The notes: generated from the letters alone by a model not told the origin. 52,019 nt of DNA from a virus (IMGVR_UViG_3300035655_000051:98232-150250), one strand, 5' to 3'; shown: positions 40,201 through 48,895, numbered from the stretch's first letter. Translations and numbers: made by a program.

Positions 40201-41080
40201 TCTGTGGAACTCAACTGGCGTCAAGATGACTTGGGGTATTGACTCTGCAAATGGTGTCGCTGCCGGTTCTCGCGATATGACTGTTATCCGGCACATTAAG
40301 GGTGATAACGGTCTGTATGTCTATTCCTCTAATATCTATGGCTCTGCACTGAATTACACAAAGATTACTCGTACCCGTTCCACAAAGACGAATGCCACTC
40401 TGGTATTTGGATGTGCAAAAGCAGACGATGGTGCTTACGAGCGCCATGCTAAAGGTACGGTTTATTGGTCTAAGCTTTGGTACGCAGACCTTGGTGATGC
40501 TGCTTGTCGCGAATTGGCCGCATGGACACACGATGATTTGATCGTTGAGGTGGCAAGCTTTAAGAACTACTACCTGAGCGATAATTCCAACAAGCGTTGT
40601 TCCATGACATTCTTGCAGAAGGATACGCTGGGTCAGGACATGGTACTGAGTTCTTCTTCTAACAATGCTGGCGGCTGGGGTAACACTTCTCTGCGTGAGT
40701 ATCTTGACTCTCGTCTGGTTGATGCTTTGCCGATTGGTTGGAAACAGCTTATCAAAAAGGTCAAAGTACCGAGTTCTGCCGGAAATAAGAGTAAGGAAAT
40801 TGTGACTTCGGACTGCTACTTCTTCATTCCATCTGCGATTGAAGTAAGCTCTTCGATGATTGACGAGCCTTACGTTTACGAAGGTCAAACAATCAGCTAC
40901 ATGACCGGCAATGAATCCCGCATCAAGCACAATGCAGAAGGTAGGGCAACAAAGTATTGGCTGCGCAGCCCGTTTGCGACTTATGACGGATACTTCTATG
41001 CAATCGAAGAGACTGGCGAGCTGTACGGCTTCCATTATCCCTCTGAGCAGCTGGGTGTAACCGTGATGTTCAGCATTTAA
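34280..41080 (+). CDS. Giant multidomain tail/adhesin protein (2266 aa)
   Basis: BppU-like N-terminus, Ig-like repeats, CotH-kinase-like motifs (MVDNRAKN, YDNDT), leucine-rich repeats, InlB-B-like FSGWD repeats, C-terminal YWLRSP domain. Confidence 0.75.
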   Translation: MALSFEESKRMVAASPAMTMEASIEDARPVVDCDEDVAIFSVEDQNFTRSGNYTWFDTFSDNDFSTVDTNKEITLSPTQVNITQENNSQVIPFEMPRYYDGVDLMSMTIQIHYVNANNAENYTAPINVSYSTDKIRFYWMVSNYATIKEGVLKFEIMATGAITVPSSGESKNYLWRTKPNEKLNVLKSLTGTAMTDPTGDDWYTQFLATMSQKVGEAQTAATQAAQSAQEAQAVVDGLADTLASYYTKEEVDGFVTLLRGDIAKVDGLAKFDVQYDAETQTIKFLNGEKIIKTITLNTDPSADWVTAFNKTVEAKIDEKIAPVKTELTEYKTSTDAAVKNLQDSVGNLPETLQSDYYNKQATDKLLEAKAEKTSVETMANDLTVVKNTASGLQNSIDTINGDISEIQEQLKNVKPDPNSGREYDITYEDSKLSLLENGTVKTQVVIQGGGGGTGGSTSVIKIERLDGSALTVIAGDSAIINFKFSSVDNSGDDTGSATGVWYVGNTKVGTQTVIQGKNSFDATQYLHSGDNTVKLQVTDSVGSVGTKTWTVNVVEFYLESSFDDTLVYSGEVTFRYTPYGNIAKTINFTIDGKILGSTTSSVTGRQLTYAIPAQTHGAHLVEVSMTAEINGKQVTSNKVVKDIMWVTEGNTTPIISCATKTASAKQYSNVAINYTVYDPSSSTTTVTLEVDGAKTATLTVGRTMQTWTWKSADIGTHTLKIVCGSVSKEISVEIKELGITIEPVKTNLAFDFNPAGKTNADETRLWSDGNTRLTVSDNFDWSNGGYQLDEDGDTYFCVKAGTTANISYKLFGDDAKKLGKNFKLVFKTTNVKNYDATALTCLNGGIGLNIQAQKVTLTSEQNSIDLPTCEDDFMEFEFNILPDSQYKEMVLWLDGIPCRVELYDASDNFTQASPVGITIGSPDCDVLVYRMKSYMMNLTDDEILDNFIADAKNAEEMIERYTRNDITDVSGELNPDLLAEKCPDLRIIKISAPTFTTGKKNEVSNTTIQHIYKNGRAVEDNWIAIGSHKGQGTSSNAYGESGRNIDINCSGGFTFGDESTGSKYAFTENSVGEKYFNIKVNVASSENANNALLADEFNEFNPYIRQARKDNPKVRDTMAFYPCVVFIQETDTTNATVFKDGQWHFYACGDFGNSKKNSDTMGMDPNNHKEVIIEIDNNTDAQTRFLSGDFSEETWDGDHSFEFRYINKNCTEEEIQAAKDAWIRVQNWVVNADDAEFKKNFENYFIKDSALFHYLFTERHTMVDNRAKNVFPHTTDLVHWDFCFDYDNDTAMGNDNEGGLTLSYGYEDMDTIGTKSVFNAHDSKLWCKIRDLFADDLAKMFLNRESALAWSATRILKKFEDYQDVKPEKLWIMDMRRKYFRTYEDNGTTSYLPMMHGNKRHQRRQFQRYQEKYMASKYTGAACTSDDMTIRGYTPTNWTGVKPDGTFHIVPYADTYVSVRYGSNPVKVRGKRGQTYEIQCPIAAMNDTEVYVYNASIIQSIGDISGFYPGYVDFSHGVKLTDLKIGSAAEDYKNTNLTDFAVGNNTLLEHLNLQNVPNLKKSISLTGCTNLEEFYAGGSGITGVAFAKGGKIRKAELPAIASLSAKNLNYLKDLKVTDYKNITTLTVEKCPTIDLIGMLTKCTSLSRVRLTGVDWQLDDTSLLDRLLKMTGLDENGYNTDHSVVEGSVHVPIMRERQLEEFTAQWPDLNITYNTLVQQFVWTFVNKDGTVLDVQYIDKGDKAVDPVTRKENPIPTPTAESTISTDFTFSGWDTEFTTVFSNQTVTAIYTESVRKYTVRYMNRGAVLKETVAPYGSMVLYDGDTPTYTSEETAFKYYLFSGWDKGGYVTGDKDINAVYDSCEYSSTYFDGKEIGQLRPVEIYAMNKVGVEQNVATPKDEVSIKLGNDFSYEDITEKVLISKPQVFDGKNYIDTDLKLFEEDRDFVLAVDYKMDITNANNTVLMQCFEQNGMNGIRLWNSTGVKMTWGIDSANGVAAGSRDMTVIRHIKGDNGLYVYSSNIYGSALNYTKITRTRSTKTNATLVFGCAKADDGAYERHAKGTVYWSKLWYADLGDAACRELAAWTHDDLIVEVASFKNYYLSDNSNKRCSMTFLQKDTLGQDMVLSSSSNNAGGWGNTSLREYLDSRLVDALPIGWKQLIKKVKVPSSAGNKSKEIVTSDCYFFIPSAIEVSSSMIDEPYVYEGQTISYMTGNESRIKHNAEGRATKYWLRSPFATYDGYFYAIEETGELYGFHYPSEQLGVTVMFSI

Positions 41081-41087
41081 GGAGGTG

Positions 41088-41408
41088 TTGAGAGTGTATT
41101 ATAAGGTACTTAAAGACGGTCGAGTGATCGATGCTCTTGACCGCCTTCAGTTTGTAAAGTATCAGCCCAAGCACGATATCATGGTGAATTGCACCGAAGA
41201 TGACGCACAGGGTATTATCAGCAGCAACGGCAAGTATATCTGGCACGTTGAAGGCTATTACCTGATTCCATCCCCGGAATATGACACTGTAACGCTTGAG
41301 CCGATTGACAAATACGAATATGACCAAATCATGGCCTTGGGAGGTACAACTCCTGATGCCATTATTGATGCTTATACGTTGACGTTAATTCAAGGAGGTC
41401 TACTGTGA
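41088..41408 (+). CDS. Hypothetical tail accessory protein
   Basis: GGAGG RBS immediately after the giant gene; exact start (TTG 41088 or GTG 41094) is uncertain. Confidence 0.65.
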   Translation: MRVYYKVLKDGRVIDALDRLQFVKYQPKHDIMVNCTEDDAQGIISSNGKYIWHVEGYYLIPSPEYDTVTLEPIDKYEYDQIMALGGTTPDAIIDAYTLTLIQGGLL

Positions 41409-41557
41409 TGGAGAAGATTTTCACTGAGTTCGTCGAGAGTATGCACAGACTCTATAAGAATGGAATGGTACAGGACAAATTTGTGGAGAGCTTGCTTGAG
41501 GGCAAAAAAATCTCCCTAGATGACTACCTGTACATCGTGAATGGAAAGGAGGTGTGA
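41408..41557 (+). CDS. XkdX-like small protein, 49 aa (MEKIFTEFVESMHRLYKNG...KKISLDDYLYIVNGKEV)
   Basis: Not in the ORF track. AAGGAGG RBS, TGATG overlap with the previous gene, fills the gap exactly, KIS.DDY..I pattern. Confidence 0.7.
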   Translation: MEKIFTEFVESMHRLYKNGMVQDKFVESLLEGKKISLDDYLYIVNGKEV

Positions 41558-41558
41558 T

Positions 41559-42194
41559 ATGTATACCTTTTTAATTAACGAGGATAACACTATCACAGCG
41601 AGTCTGACTGAGCGTATCATGCAGCGGAGCAAGCTGGTGGATAATTTGCACTTTCTTGCCGATCAGACCTACAAAGGTGTAGATATTAGTGACTATACCG
41701 TTATGCTGGAGTACGTTTTGCCTGTGAGCAAACGCTATAAAACTGAAATTCTACAAAAGTCAAAAGACTTGTACAAGAACCGGTTGGAATATCTTCTACC
41801 TTTTGATACGGGTCTGACTAGTGAGGCTGGCGACATTGAGTTCCAGCTGACCTTTGTTCATGTCGAGATGGACTCTGAAGGACAGACGATTCAGCGCGTG
41901 CGTAAGGCTGGCCCCGGCGTTGTACATATTATTCCCATCAGCAAGTGGTCTGATTTGATCCCCGATGAAGCACTGAGCACGCTCGACCAGCGTATTATCG
42001 CGCTGGAGGCTCTGAATAAGGCAATGACTGACCGGTTCAATACCAGTCTGGCTAATAAGGCTGATAACATCACTTACGATGAAGAGCATCGTATTCAGCT
42101 TACCTCCGAGGGCAAACCCATTGGTAACGCTATTAAAATCACGACTGAAACTGTGGAAACTGAAGATGGTAGTATGCGTGTTGTCCCATTCTGA
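41559..42194 (+). CDS. BppU-like baseplate upper protein
   Basis: LTSEAGDIEFQLTF motif; ATG at 41559 after AGGAGG. Confidence 0.6.
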   Translation: MYTFLINEDNTITASLTERIMQRSKLVDNLHFLADQTYKGVDISDYTVMLEYVLPVSKRYKTEILQKSKDLYKNRLEYLLPFDTGLTSEAGDIEFQLTFVHVEMDSEGQTIQRVRKAGPGVVHIIPISKWSDLIPDEALSTLDQRIIALEALNKAMTDRFNTSLANKADNITYDEEHRIQLTSEGKPIGNAIKITTETVETEDGSMRVVPF

Positions 42195-42220
42195 CCATCG
42201 TTTAAAGCGAGGTGAAAAGA

Positions 42221-42583
42221 ATGGCATACAAATACTCGAAGCTTGGTTACGGTAACGCAGAAGACGTAGAAGCCGCGATTGCGCTTGGGTTGATTGATGG
42301 CAAAGACATTATTATCACAAAAGATACATCAGAATTCATATACGTCCGGGACGACTTATCTATTCAAAAGGTAGCGCCTCGGACGCTTTGTTTTGATAGT
42401 ATTCCGGCGGCAAATGAGGCAATCAACCAGAATGACGCGACTTATGCAGGTCAGACCGTAATGATACGAGGCAAAGACGACAAATATGAACCGTGGGTCG
42501 TGCAGCAAAGCGCGGAGTCAGGGCGGTTCTTCGTCGAGCCTTTTCAAACTCAATCTACAAATTTCCAATGGACTGAATTCTAA
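42221..42583 (+). CDS. Hypothetical tail-associated protein
   Basis: GAGGTG RBS; DIIITKDTSE and YAGQTV motifs resemble neighbouring fibre-type proteins. Confidence 0.6.
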   Translation: MAYKYSKLGYGNAEDVEAAIALGLIDGKDIIITKDTSEFIYVRDDLSIQKVAPRTLCFDSIPAANEAINQNDATYAGQTVMIRGKDDKYEPWVVQQSAESGRFFVEPFQTQSTNFQWTEF

Positions 42584-42597
42584 TAAGGAGGAAAAAT

Positions 42598-43704
42598 ATG
42601 GCACAAGTAAAATTTGCGTATGGCACGAAAGCACGGTACGATGCCCTTGCTCCAAAAGACATGGACACACTGTACTTTACGACCGATACGTTGCAATTGT
42701 TTAAGGGTACAACTGAGTACACTAAGAGCACTAAAATGGTGTCTTCCCTGCCCGCAGCGGGTCAGGTGCAGGGCATTATTTATTTCCGCATGACAGACTA
42801 CACCATGCATATTTGGAATGGCGTGGAGTTTGTGCAGCTGAACAAAACAACCGTTACTCAGATCCCGGCAGATGCCACCAATGATGATATTCCGACCACC
42901 AAGGCTGTCGCTGACTATGTTAATGCCAAGGTTGCAGCGGTGGAAGGTATTAAAGGTAAGTTCGTTACAGATGTTACTTATAATGCTGGTGTGTTGAGTG
43001 TGGCAAAGGGTGACGAACCTGTTACCACTACCATGACTGGTATTGTTCATGAGCCTACTTATGATGCAGAAACTCGCACTATCAAGCTGCCTGTATTTGG
43101 CGGCGACACTCTGACGATTGCGTTGGGCAAGGACTTGGTTGTAAAGAGTGGTATCTATAACACCGAGACTCATGAGATCGAGCTGACTATTACCACCGGC
43201 GAGGTCATTAAGATTCCTGTTGGCTCTCTGATTGATATTTATGTTGGTGTTGCAACTTCTACTGCAACCGTGACCGTTTCTGACGACAATAAAATCAGTG
43301 TCGCTGTGCGCGTATCTGCAAAAGCCAATAACTCTATCACAATTGAAGATGATGGCTTGTATGTAGCTGTGCCTGATGCTTATACCAAGGCTGAGACCGA
43401 CGCAAAGATCAAGAAGGTGCAAGACCAGCTAGACGGTCATTCCAAGGATGCTGTGGTGCACATTACCGCCGAAGAGCGCAAAGCTTGGAATGCAAAAGTG
43501 TCTCAGGATGAACTGACTGCTGCGAAATCAGAAGTAATTTCTGCCGCTGCTGCTGATGCTACTAAAAAGGCGGATGCCGCTCGCGATGCTGCTAAAACCT
43601 ATGCGGATGGCTTGAATACTGCTATGGACAATCGCGTCAAGAGTGTCGAAGGGGCTCTGACTTGGAAGGCTATTGATGATTCCGGCGCGAACGCTGAGAC
43701 ATAA
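42598..43704 (+). CDS. Tail/head fibre-like structural protein
   Basis: TLYFTTDT, PTTKAVADYV, HITAEERKAWNAK and AKTYAD motifs; strong codon bias. Confidence 0.65.
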   Translation: MAQVKFAYGTKARYDALAPKDMDTLYFTTDTLQLFKGTTEYTKSTKMVSSLPAAGQVQGIIYFRMTDYTMHIWNGVEFVQLNKTTVTQIPADATNDDIPTTKAVADYVNAKVAAVEGIKGKFVTDVTYNAGVLSVAKGDEPVTTTMTGIVHEPTYDAETRTIKLPVFGGDTLTIALGKDLVVKSGIYNTETHEIELTITTGEVIKIPVGSLIDIYVGVATSTATVTVSDDNKISVAVRVSAKANNSITIEDDGLYVAVPDAYTKAETDAKIKKVQDQLDGHSKDAVVHITAEERKAWNAKVSQDELTAAKSEVISAAAADATKKADAARDAAKTYADGLNTAMDNRVKSVEGALTWKAIDDSGANAET

Positions 43705-43719
43705 TAATCTAACATAAAT

Positions 43720-43755
43720 CCCTGCACTCTGTAATGGAGTGTGGGGTTATTTTTA
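43720..43755 (+). terminator. Intrinsic terminator-like hairpin
   Basis: CCCTGCACTCT-gtaat-GGAGTGTGGGG followed by TTATTTTT. Confidence 0.65.
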
Positions 43756-43770
43756 TCGAAAAGGAGTTTC

Positions 43771-44241
43771 ATGATGTCAAAATTATCACTTTTAGAGATT
43801 GCACAATCTCAACTCGACAAGACTCCAGTGATCGACGGACAGCTTATTGTCTGCCTTGACACCGGAAACGCCTATCGAGACACTGCTACGGCTCACGTAA
43901 AAATCGGAAGCGATTTAGAGGTTGTGAGCGACTTACCATTGGCTCCTCTAGCCGAAAAAATCTATTATCTGAAGCCTGATAAGCTATATGCGTACTTAGG
44001 CGGCAACTGGACACTGTTAAACGACAACAATTTCTCACTGGGCACAAATAAGAGCGCACTCAATGGCAAAGCAAAAATTACGCTGGATGGTGCAAAACAA
44101 AGTTCTGTATCCATCAAGGGCACGGGTATCACCACCGTTATGACAGATGAGAATGGCGAGTTGGTTGTGAATACTGGCGATCCATCTATGTACATGGAGG
44201 CGCTGACTAATTCAGATATAGACAAGATACTTTCAACATAA
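43771..44241 (+). CDS. Fibre-associated protein
   Basis: AAGGAG RBS before ATGATG at 43771; C-terminal LTNSDIDKIL motif. Confidence 0.6.
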   Translation: MMSKLSLLEIAQSQLDKTPVIDGQLIVCLDTGNAYRDTATAHVKIGSDLEVVSDLPLAPLAEKIYYLKPDKLYAYLGGNWTLLNDNNFSLGTNKSALNGKAKITLDGAKQSSVSIKGTGITTVMTDENGELVVNTGDPSMYMEALTNSDIDKILST

Positions 44242-44253
44242 AGGAGGAAACAC

Positions 44254-45297
44254 ATGGCTTGGTTAGATTATGACGGCCTGCTTTACTTCTGGCAAAAGAT
44301 AAAGGCAAAGCTAAATGACAAGGTTGATAAAGTCGAAGGCAAGGGGCTGTCCTCCAACGATTTTACTGCCGCCGAAAAGAATAAGCTGGCTGGTATCGAG
44401 GCTGGCGCAAACAATTATTCTCACCCGACAAGTTCTGGTAATAAGCATATTCCGTCTGGTGGTTCTGCTGGTCAGATTCTGCGTTGGAGTAAAGATGGTG
44501 AGGCACAGTGGGGCGCTGATAACAACACAACTTATAGCGCATTTAAGGGTGCAACCAGTGCCGCAGCCGGTGGCTCAGGTCTTGTCCCCGCCCCTACTGC
44601 TAATAATGCTGGTCAGTTTTTGAAGGGCGATGGTACATGGGCAACCCCACTAAATACGACCTATAACAACGCAACCTCTGGCTCTGCTGGCTTGATGAGC
44701 GCCGGAGATAAAGCAAAGCTGGATGGTATTGCTGCAAACGCAAACAACTATACACACCCGACTTCTGCTGGCAATAAACATATTCCGGCTGGCGGTCAGT
44801 CTGGTCAAATTCTAAGATGGAGTGGTGATGGTTCTGCTACTTGGGGACCCGACTATAATACTACTTATTCTGATTTTAAAGCCGCTACTGCTTCGGCTGC
44901 TGGTGGTTCTGGTCTGGTTCCTGCCCCGGCGGCTGGCAAGCAGAGTCAATATCTGCGTGGCGATGGTATTTGGGCTACTCCAACCAATACAACATACAAT
45001 GACGCAACACAGAGCGTCCACGGCCTGATGAGTACTGCCGATAAACAAAAGCTAGATGGATTTGGCGCGGCAAGCACTTATGCACTCAAGAGTGATATTA
45101 CCGCAATGTATCGTTATAAGGGCTCCGTCGCTTCTACGGACAAGCTGCCCACGAGCGGTCAGACCATTGGTGACGTGTATGACGTTGGCAATGGTATGAA
45201 CTATGCATGGAATGGTTCTGCATGGGACGCGTTGGGCGAAATTTTTACTATTACAAAGATCACAAATACTGAAATCGACACTGTTTTGGCAAGCTGA
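44254..45297 (+). CDS. Tail fibre protein with 111-aa tandem duplication
   Basis: GKGLSSNDFT, KL.GI..GANNY.HP, GLVPAP and GLMS..DK.KLDG motifs; repeat period 333 nt. Confidence 0.75.
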   Translation: MAWLDYDGLLYFWQKIKAKLNDKVDKVEGKGLSSNDFTAAEKNKLAGIEAGANNYSHPTSSGNKHIPSGGSAGQILRWSKDGEAQWGADNNTTYSAFKGATSAAAGGSGLVPAPTANNAGQFLKGDGTWATPLNTTYNNATSGSAGLMSAGDKAKLDGIAANANNYTHPTSAGNKHIPAGGQSGQILRWSGDGSATWGPDYNTTYSDFKAATASAAGGSGLVPAPAAGKQSQYLRGDGIWATPTNTTYNDATQSVHGLMSTADKQKLDGFGAASTYALKSDITAMYRYKGSVASTDKLPTSGQTIGDVYDVGNGMNYAWNGSAWDALGEIFTITKITNTEIDTVLAS

Positions 45298-45328
45298 TTT
45301 CAGTTTTTACTGAGACAGGAGGTCGATT

Positions 45329-47791
45329 ATGGGATATTTAGATTATGCTGGCTTACAGTATCTGTGGGGCAAGCTGAAAGAAAAGTTCGCTCCGAAAAGT
45401 CACAGCCACGATGATAGATACTATACTGAGTCCGAGATGGATGGCAAGCTTAGCGGGAAAGCAGATAATACACGGGCAGGCGCAAACGATTTGATCAATA
45501 AGCTCGACTCAGGGACGGCTGCTCCTGTAGACGATGATTTGATTATTACACAATGGGCAAATCACACAACAGCAGCAGCAGCCAACAAAAATCAATATGT
45601 ACGTCGTCCTATGAGTTCAATATGGAACTACATCAAAGGCAAGACAGATGGCGTATATCAGCCTAAAGGCAGTTATGCTGCGAGTGGACATACTCATGAC
45701 GACAGGTATTATACTGAAAGTGAGATGAACACAAAACTCTCCGGGAAAAGCAATACAGACCATACGCATAAAAATGTGAATGATATTGGAAGTAATAAAC
45801 CTACTACATTTGCCTACTCAAAAAGCGGTATGAATTATGGAGATTACAGTTGGCTTGCAGGCTGGAATGGATATGAGCTGAGGGCTGTCAATAAAAACCA
45901 GTTTGCTATCGCAGATCATACCCATCCAACTTCGGAAATTTATGGCGGCAATGTGAACTATTCCGGTTATGCTGGTCCTATTGAATCTGCCCACATTGAT
46001 GTTTTACGCGCAAACCGCCTTGCATTTTTACCGGCATCAGGTATTAAAGTAGAATATTCTGTTGACGGTGGCGCTACATGGATTGATTATGGAGCCACTG
46101 ACGATCAAAAAGCATCATTATTTGCAATGCGGATGGGTTCTGCTGCTTCATTTTATACTGGCAAGCATACAAAAGCAGACGAGTGTACAATAAAAGATCA
46201 GCTTAGAATCACGGTCACACCGGTTGACAGATATGCGTCTGTAAACATGCTTTATCTTTGGGTGTCTGTTGCTGGTACATCAGCAACCGTGAATATTTCA
46301 CGTTCTACTATTGGCGCTAAAGAAACTTTTACAGACGTTCGCACAGACGTTCCAATTTCTGGTTGGAGTGGTCCAAATGAAATTAGATTTAGTGGTGGAA
46401 CTTTTGGCGGTGGCTCAACGCAAACAAGCAATGCTTATGCTTATCGCTTTACGTTCAAGAATAAAGCAGATGGCAAAGGTTCTGTTAGCGTAATGGATAT
46501 TCGTATGTACGGACCAAGCGCATGGGGTGTACCAAATAATATGATGGAAAAAGACCATATTTATAATTGGGACGCAAATCAAAACGTACACTTTCCTGCT
46601 CAGGTGACTGCGACAAGATTCAATGGTAGTTCTACCGGCGTTGTAGATTATGGTGATTCAAACGGTTCTACAATTAAAATTGGATTTGGTGGTGCTGGTT
46701 TAACAAAGGACAAGCTGACTCATATTGCTGGTTATGCAAAAGATGGCAACCAAACGGTAATCAAAGACGTCTCAAAGGGTGTGTTACAAAGTTGGCTAGA
46801 TTTAGGAGCATCTGCCTACAAGAAAGTTCAGAGCCTGTCTGCTGTAGGACATTCCAACTGGACTAATCAATCCACTGATGATGGTTATGTTCCTACAATG
46901 GCTTTCATGGCGTTCTGGAATGGTGCTTTTAATGGCAGTGGGAATTCTAATCTGCAATACTGTGACCGTGGTAGGTTTGGCACGATTGTGACTAAGAATA
47001 GTGGTGATTATGCTATTGCGGGACACACTCACAATTACGCAGGTTCTGGAACTGTTGGTGGCTCTGCCAATAGTGCGGTCAAGCTTGATTCTAGCGCGGG
47101 AAGTGCAACTCAGCCTGTGTATTTTAAAGATGGCAAGCCCGTTGCTACTACATACGCTCTAAATAAAACAGTTCCAGCGGATGCGAAGTTTACTGATACA
47201 GACACATGGCGTGGAATCCAGAATAATTTGACAAGCGATAGTACAGATCAGAGCCTTAGTGCAGCACAGGGTAAAGCTTTGAAAACATTAGTTGATGGTA
47301 AAGCACCTGCTTCACATAAGCATACAAAGTCCCAAATAACGGATTTCCCAACTTCTATGCCTGCAAGTGATGTATCTGCATGGGCTAAAGCAGCTACAAA
47401 ACCAAGCTACACAAAGGCTGAAGTTGGACTGAGTAACGTGGATAACACTGCGGACAAAGATAAGAGCGTGAAGTATGCTACGAGTGCTGGATCGGCTACA
47501 ACAGGATTGAATGGTGTATCGACATGTATTTTTGATTTAAGTAGCAACAACGGATCATGTGTGCGTTTTTATAATGGATTGCAGATTTGTTTTGGCAATT
47601 CAAGTAAAAGTAGTGGAGTAGTTTTCAAACTACCATTTGCAAACGATAACTATGCAGTTGTGGTAGGCGGTTCTGATACACTAAAAAATGCATGGTATGT
47701 GGCAGGAGGTAGAACAACAACAGGATTTAATCCAAACCAAAGTGGTTTTGCTGTATTCTTTCATTGGATTGCAATCGGAAATTGGAAATAA
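45329..47791 (+). CDS. Tail fibre / receptor-binding protein
   Basis: HxH repeats (H.HDDRYYTESE twice), LSAAQGKAL, VGLSNVDNTAD, C-terminal gp53-like domain (NGLQICFG...WIAIG). Confidence 0.8.
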   Translation: MGYLDYAGLQYLWGKLKEKFAPKSHSHDDRYYTESEMDGKLSGKADNTRAGANDLINKLDSGTAAPVDDDLIITQWANHTTAAAANKNQYVRRPMSSIWNYIKGKTDGVYQPKGSYAASGHTHDDRYYTESEMNTKLSGKSNTDHTHKNVNDIGSNKPTTFAYSKSGMNYGDYSWLAGWNGYELRAVNKNQFAIADHTHPTSEIYGGNVNYSGYAGPIESAHIDVLRANRLAFLPASGIKVEYSVDGGATWIDYGATDDQKASLFAMRMGSAASFYTGKHTKADECTIKDQLRITVTPVDRYASVNMLYLWVSVAGTSATVNISRSTIGAKETFTDVRTDVPISGWSGPNEIRFSGGTFGGGSTQTSNAYAYRFTFKNKADGKGSVSVMDIRMYGPSAWGVPNNMMEKDHIYNWDANQNVHFPAQVTATRFNGSSTGVVDYGDSNGSTIKIGFGGAGLTKDKLTHIAGYAKDGNQTVIKDVSKGVLQSWLDLGASAYKKVQSLSAVGHSNWTNQSTDDGYVPTMAFMAFWNGAFNGSGNSNLQYCDRGRFGTIVTKNSGDYAIAGHTHNYAGSGTVGGSANSAVKLDSSAGSATQPVYFKDGKPVATTYALNKTVPADAKFTDTDTWRGIQNNLTSDSTDQSLSAAQGKALKTLVDGKAPASHKHTKSQITDFPTSMPASDVSAWAKAATKPSYTKAEVGLSNVDNTADKDKSVKYATSAGSATTGLNGVSTCIFDLSSNNGSCVRFYNGLQICFGNSSKSSGVVFKLPFANDNYAVVVGGSDTLKNAWYVAGGRTTTGFNPNQSGFAVFFHWIAIGNWK

Positions 47792-47816
47792 CTGAGTTAA
47801 AAAGAAGGTGTGTTAA

Positions 47817-48440
47817 TTGAAAGAAAAGAATATTATTGTTGGCTATTATGTGGCGAAACCGATTGTTACACAAGAAGAATGTGACGCTTATTCTACTATG
47901 GCGCAAATTGTAAGTACTCATAATAGTCAAGTTGCAGCTGGTGATAAGTATTGGGAAATAGACGATAAAGAAGATCGATATGAAGTGATTGAAGGAAAAA
48001 ACGTTCCATCCGAAGATACTATGCTTGATGGCGCTAAGAAATTCAAAATTTCAGAGTCTAAAACCGCTCTTTCTGAATATCTTGCCTCTCACCCGCTTCA
48101 ATGGACGGACGGCAAGTATTATAGTGTTACTAGTGAAAAACAGGCTCTGCTGACTTCTAATCTATCTCTATATCAGCTTGCCGTATCAAATGGACAGTCT
48201 TTTACTTTAAAATGGAATACCACTGGCGATGAATGCACCGTATGGAAGTATGATGACCTTGCCGCACTGGCTTTGGCGATTGGTACATATGTACAACCGT
48301 TTGTATCTCGTCAACAAGAATTAGAGCTCGACATTAAAGCTTGTACCACAATGGAAGAGCTGGATGCAGTCGAAATCAACTACGACCCTGTTCTGAAGCA
48401 ATATCTTGAGACCGCCGGGCAAAAGGAGGTCGCTGAATGA
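47817..48440 (+). CDS. Tail fibre assembly chaperone (DUF4376-like)
   Basis: Follows the fibre gene; IKACTTMEELDAVEINY motif near the C-terminus. Confidence 0.65.
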   Translation: MKEKNIIVGYYVAKPIVTQEECDAYSTMAQIVSTHNSQVAAGDKYWEIDDKEDRYEVIEGKNVPSEDTMLDGAKKFKISESKTALSEYLASHPLQWTDGKYYSVTSEKQALLTSNLSLYQLAVSNGQSFTLKWNTTGDECTVWKYDDLAALALAIGTYVQPFVSRQQELELDIKACTTMEELDAVEINYDPVLKQYLETAGQKEVAE

Positions 48441-48895
48441 ACAAAATCGTAAAGAAGTATAAAGAATTATCGAAATGTGCGCTTCTCTTTTTGATAGGAG
48501 GGGCGCTTTATTATTGCATCGAGATTTTATGGCGAGGTCACTCACACTGGACTATGGCTGTTGTGGGCGGCATCTGCTACGTGATCATCGGTGGGTTGAA
48601 CAATTATATTCCGTGGGAAATGCCCATGTGGGAACAGGGTCTTGTCGGTGCGTTATTTGTGACTGGTATGGAGCTTGTTGTCGGCATTCCACTGAACCTG
48701 ATGCTGGGGTTACATATTTGGGACTACTCTTCCCTGCCCTTCAATCTGTTGGGTCAAATCTGTCTGCCGTTTACTGTGTTGTGGTTCTTCCTTGCGCTAT
48801 TGTGCATTTATGCGGATGACTGGATGCGCTATATCATGTTTCACGAGGACAAGCCACACTATCACTGGCGTAAGGTATGTAAACCGAAGCAGTAA
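48437..48895 (+). CDS. Four-TM membrane protein (CmpB / putative ABC permease-like family)
   Basis: IEILWRG.SHWTM, IWDYS.LPFNLLGQICL motifs; hydrophobic. Confidence 0.75.
   Translation: MNKIVKKYKELSKCALLFLIGGALYYCIEILWRGHSHWTMAVVGGICYVIIGGLNNYIPWEMPMWEQGLVGALFVTGMELVVGIPLNLMLGLHIWDYSSLPFNLLGQICLPFTVLWFFLALLCIYADDWMRYIMFHEDKPHYHWRKVCKPKQ

Noticed and set aside
40560..41080. Diversity-generating retroelement
   Set aside because: A target-like C-terminal domain is present, but no template repeat or reverse transcriptase is seen in the window.
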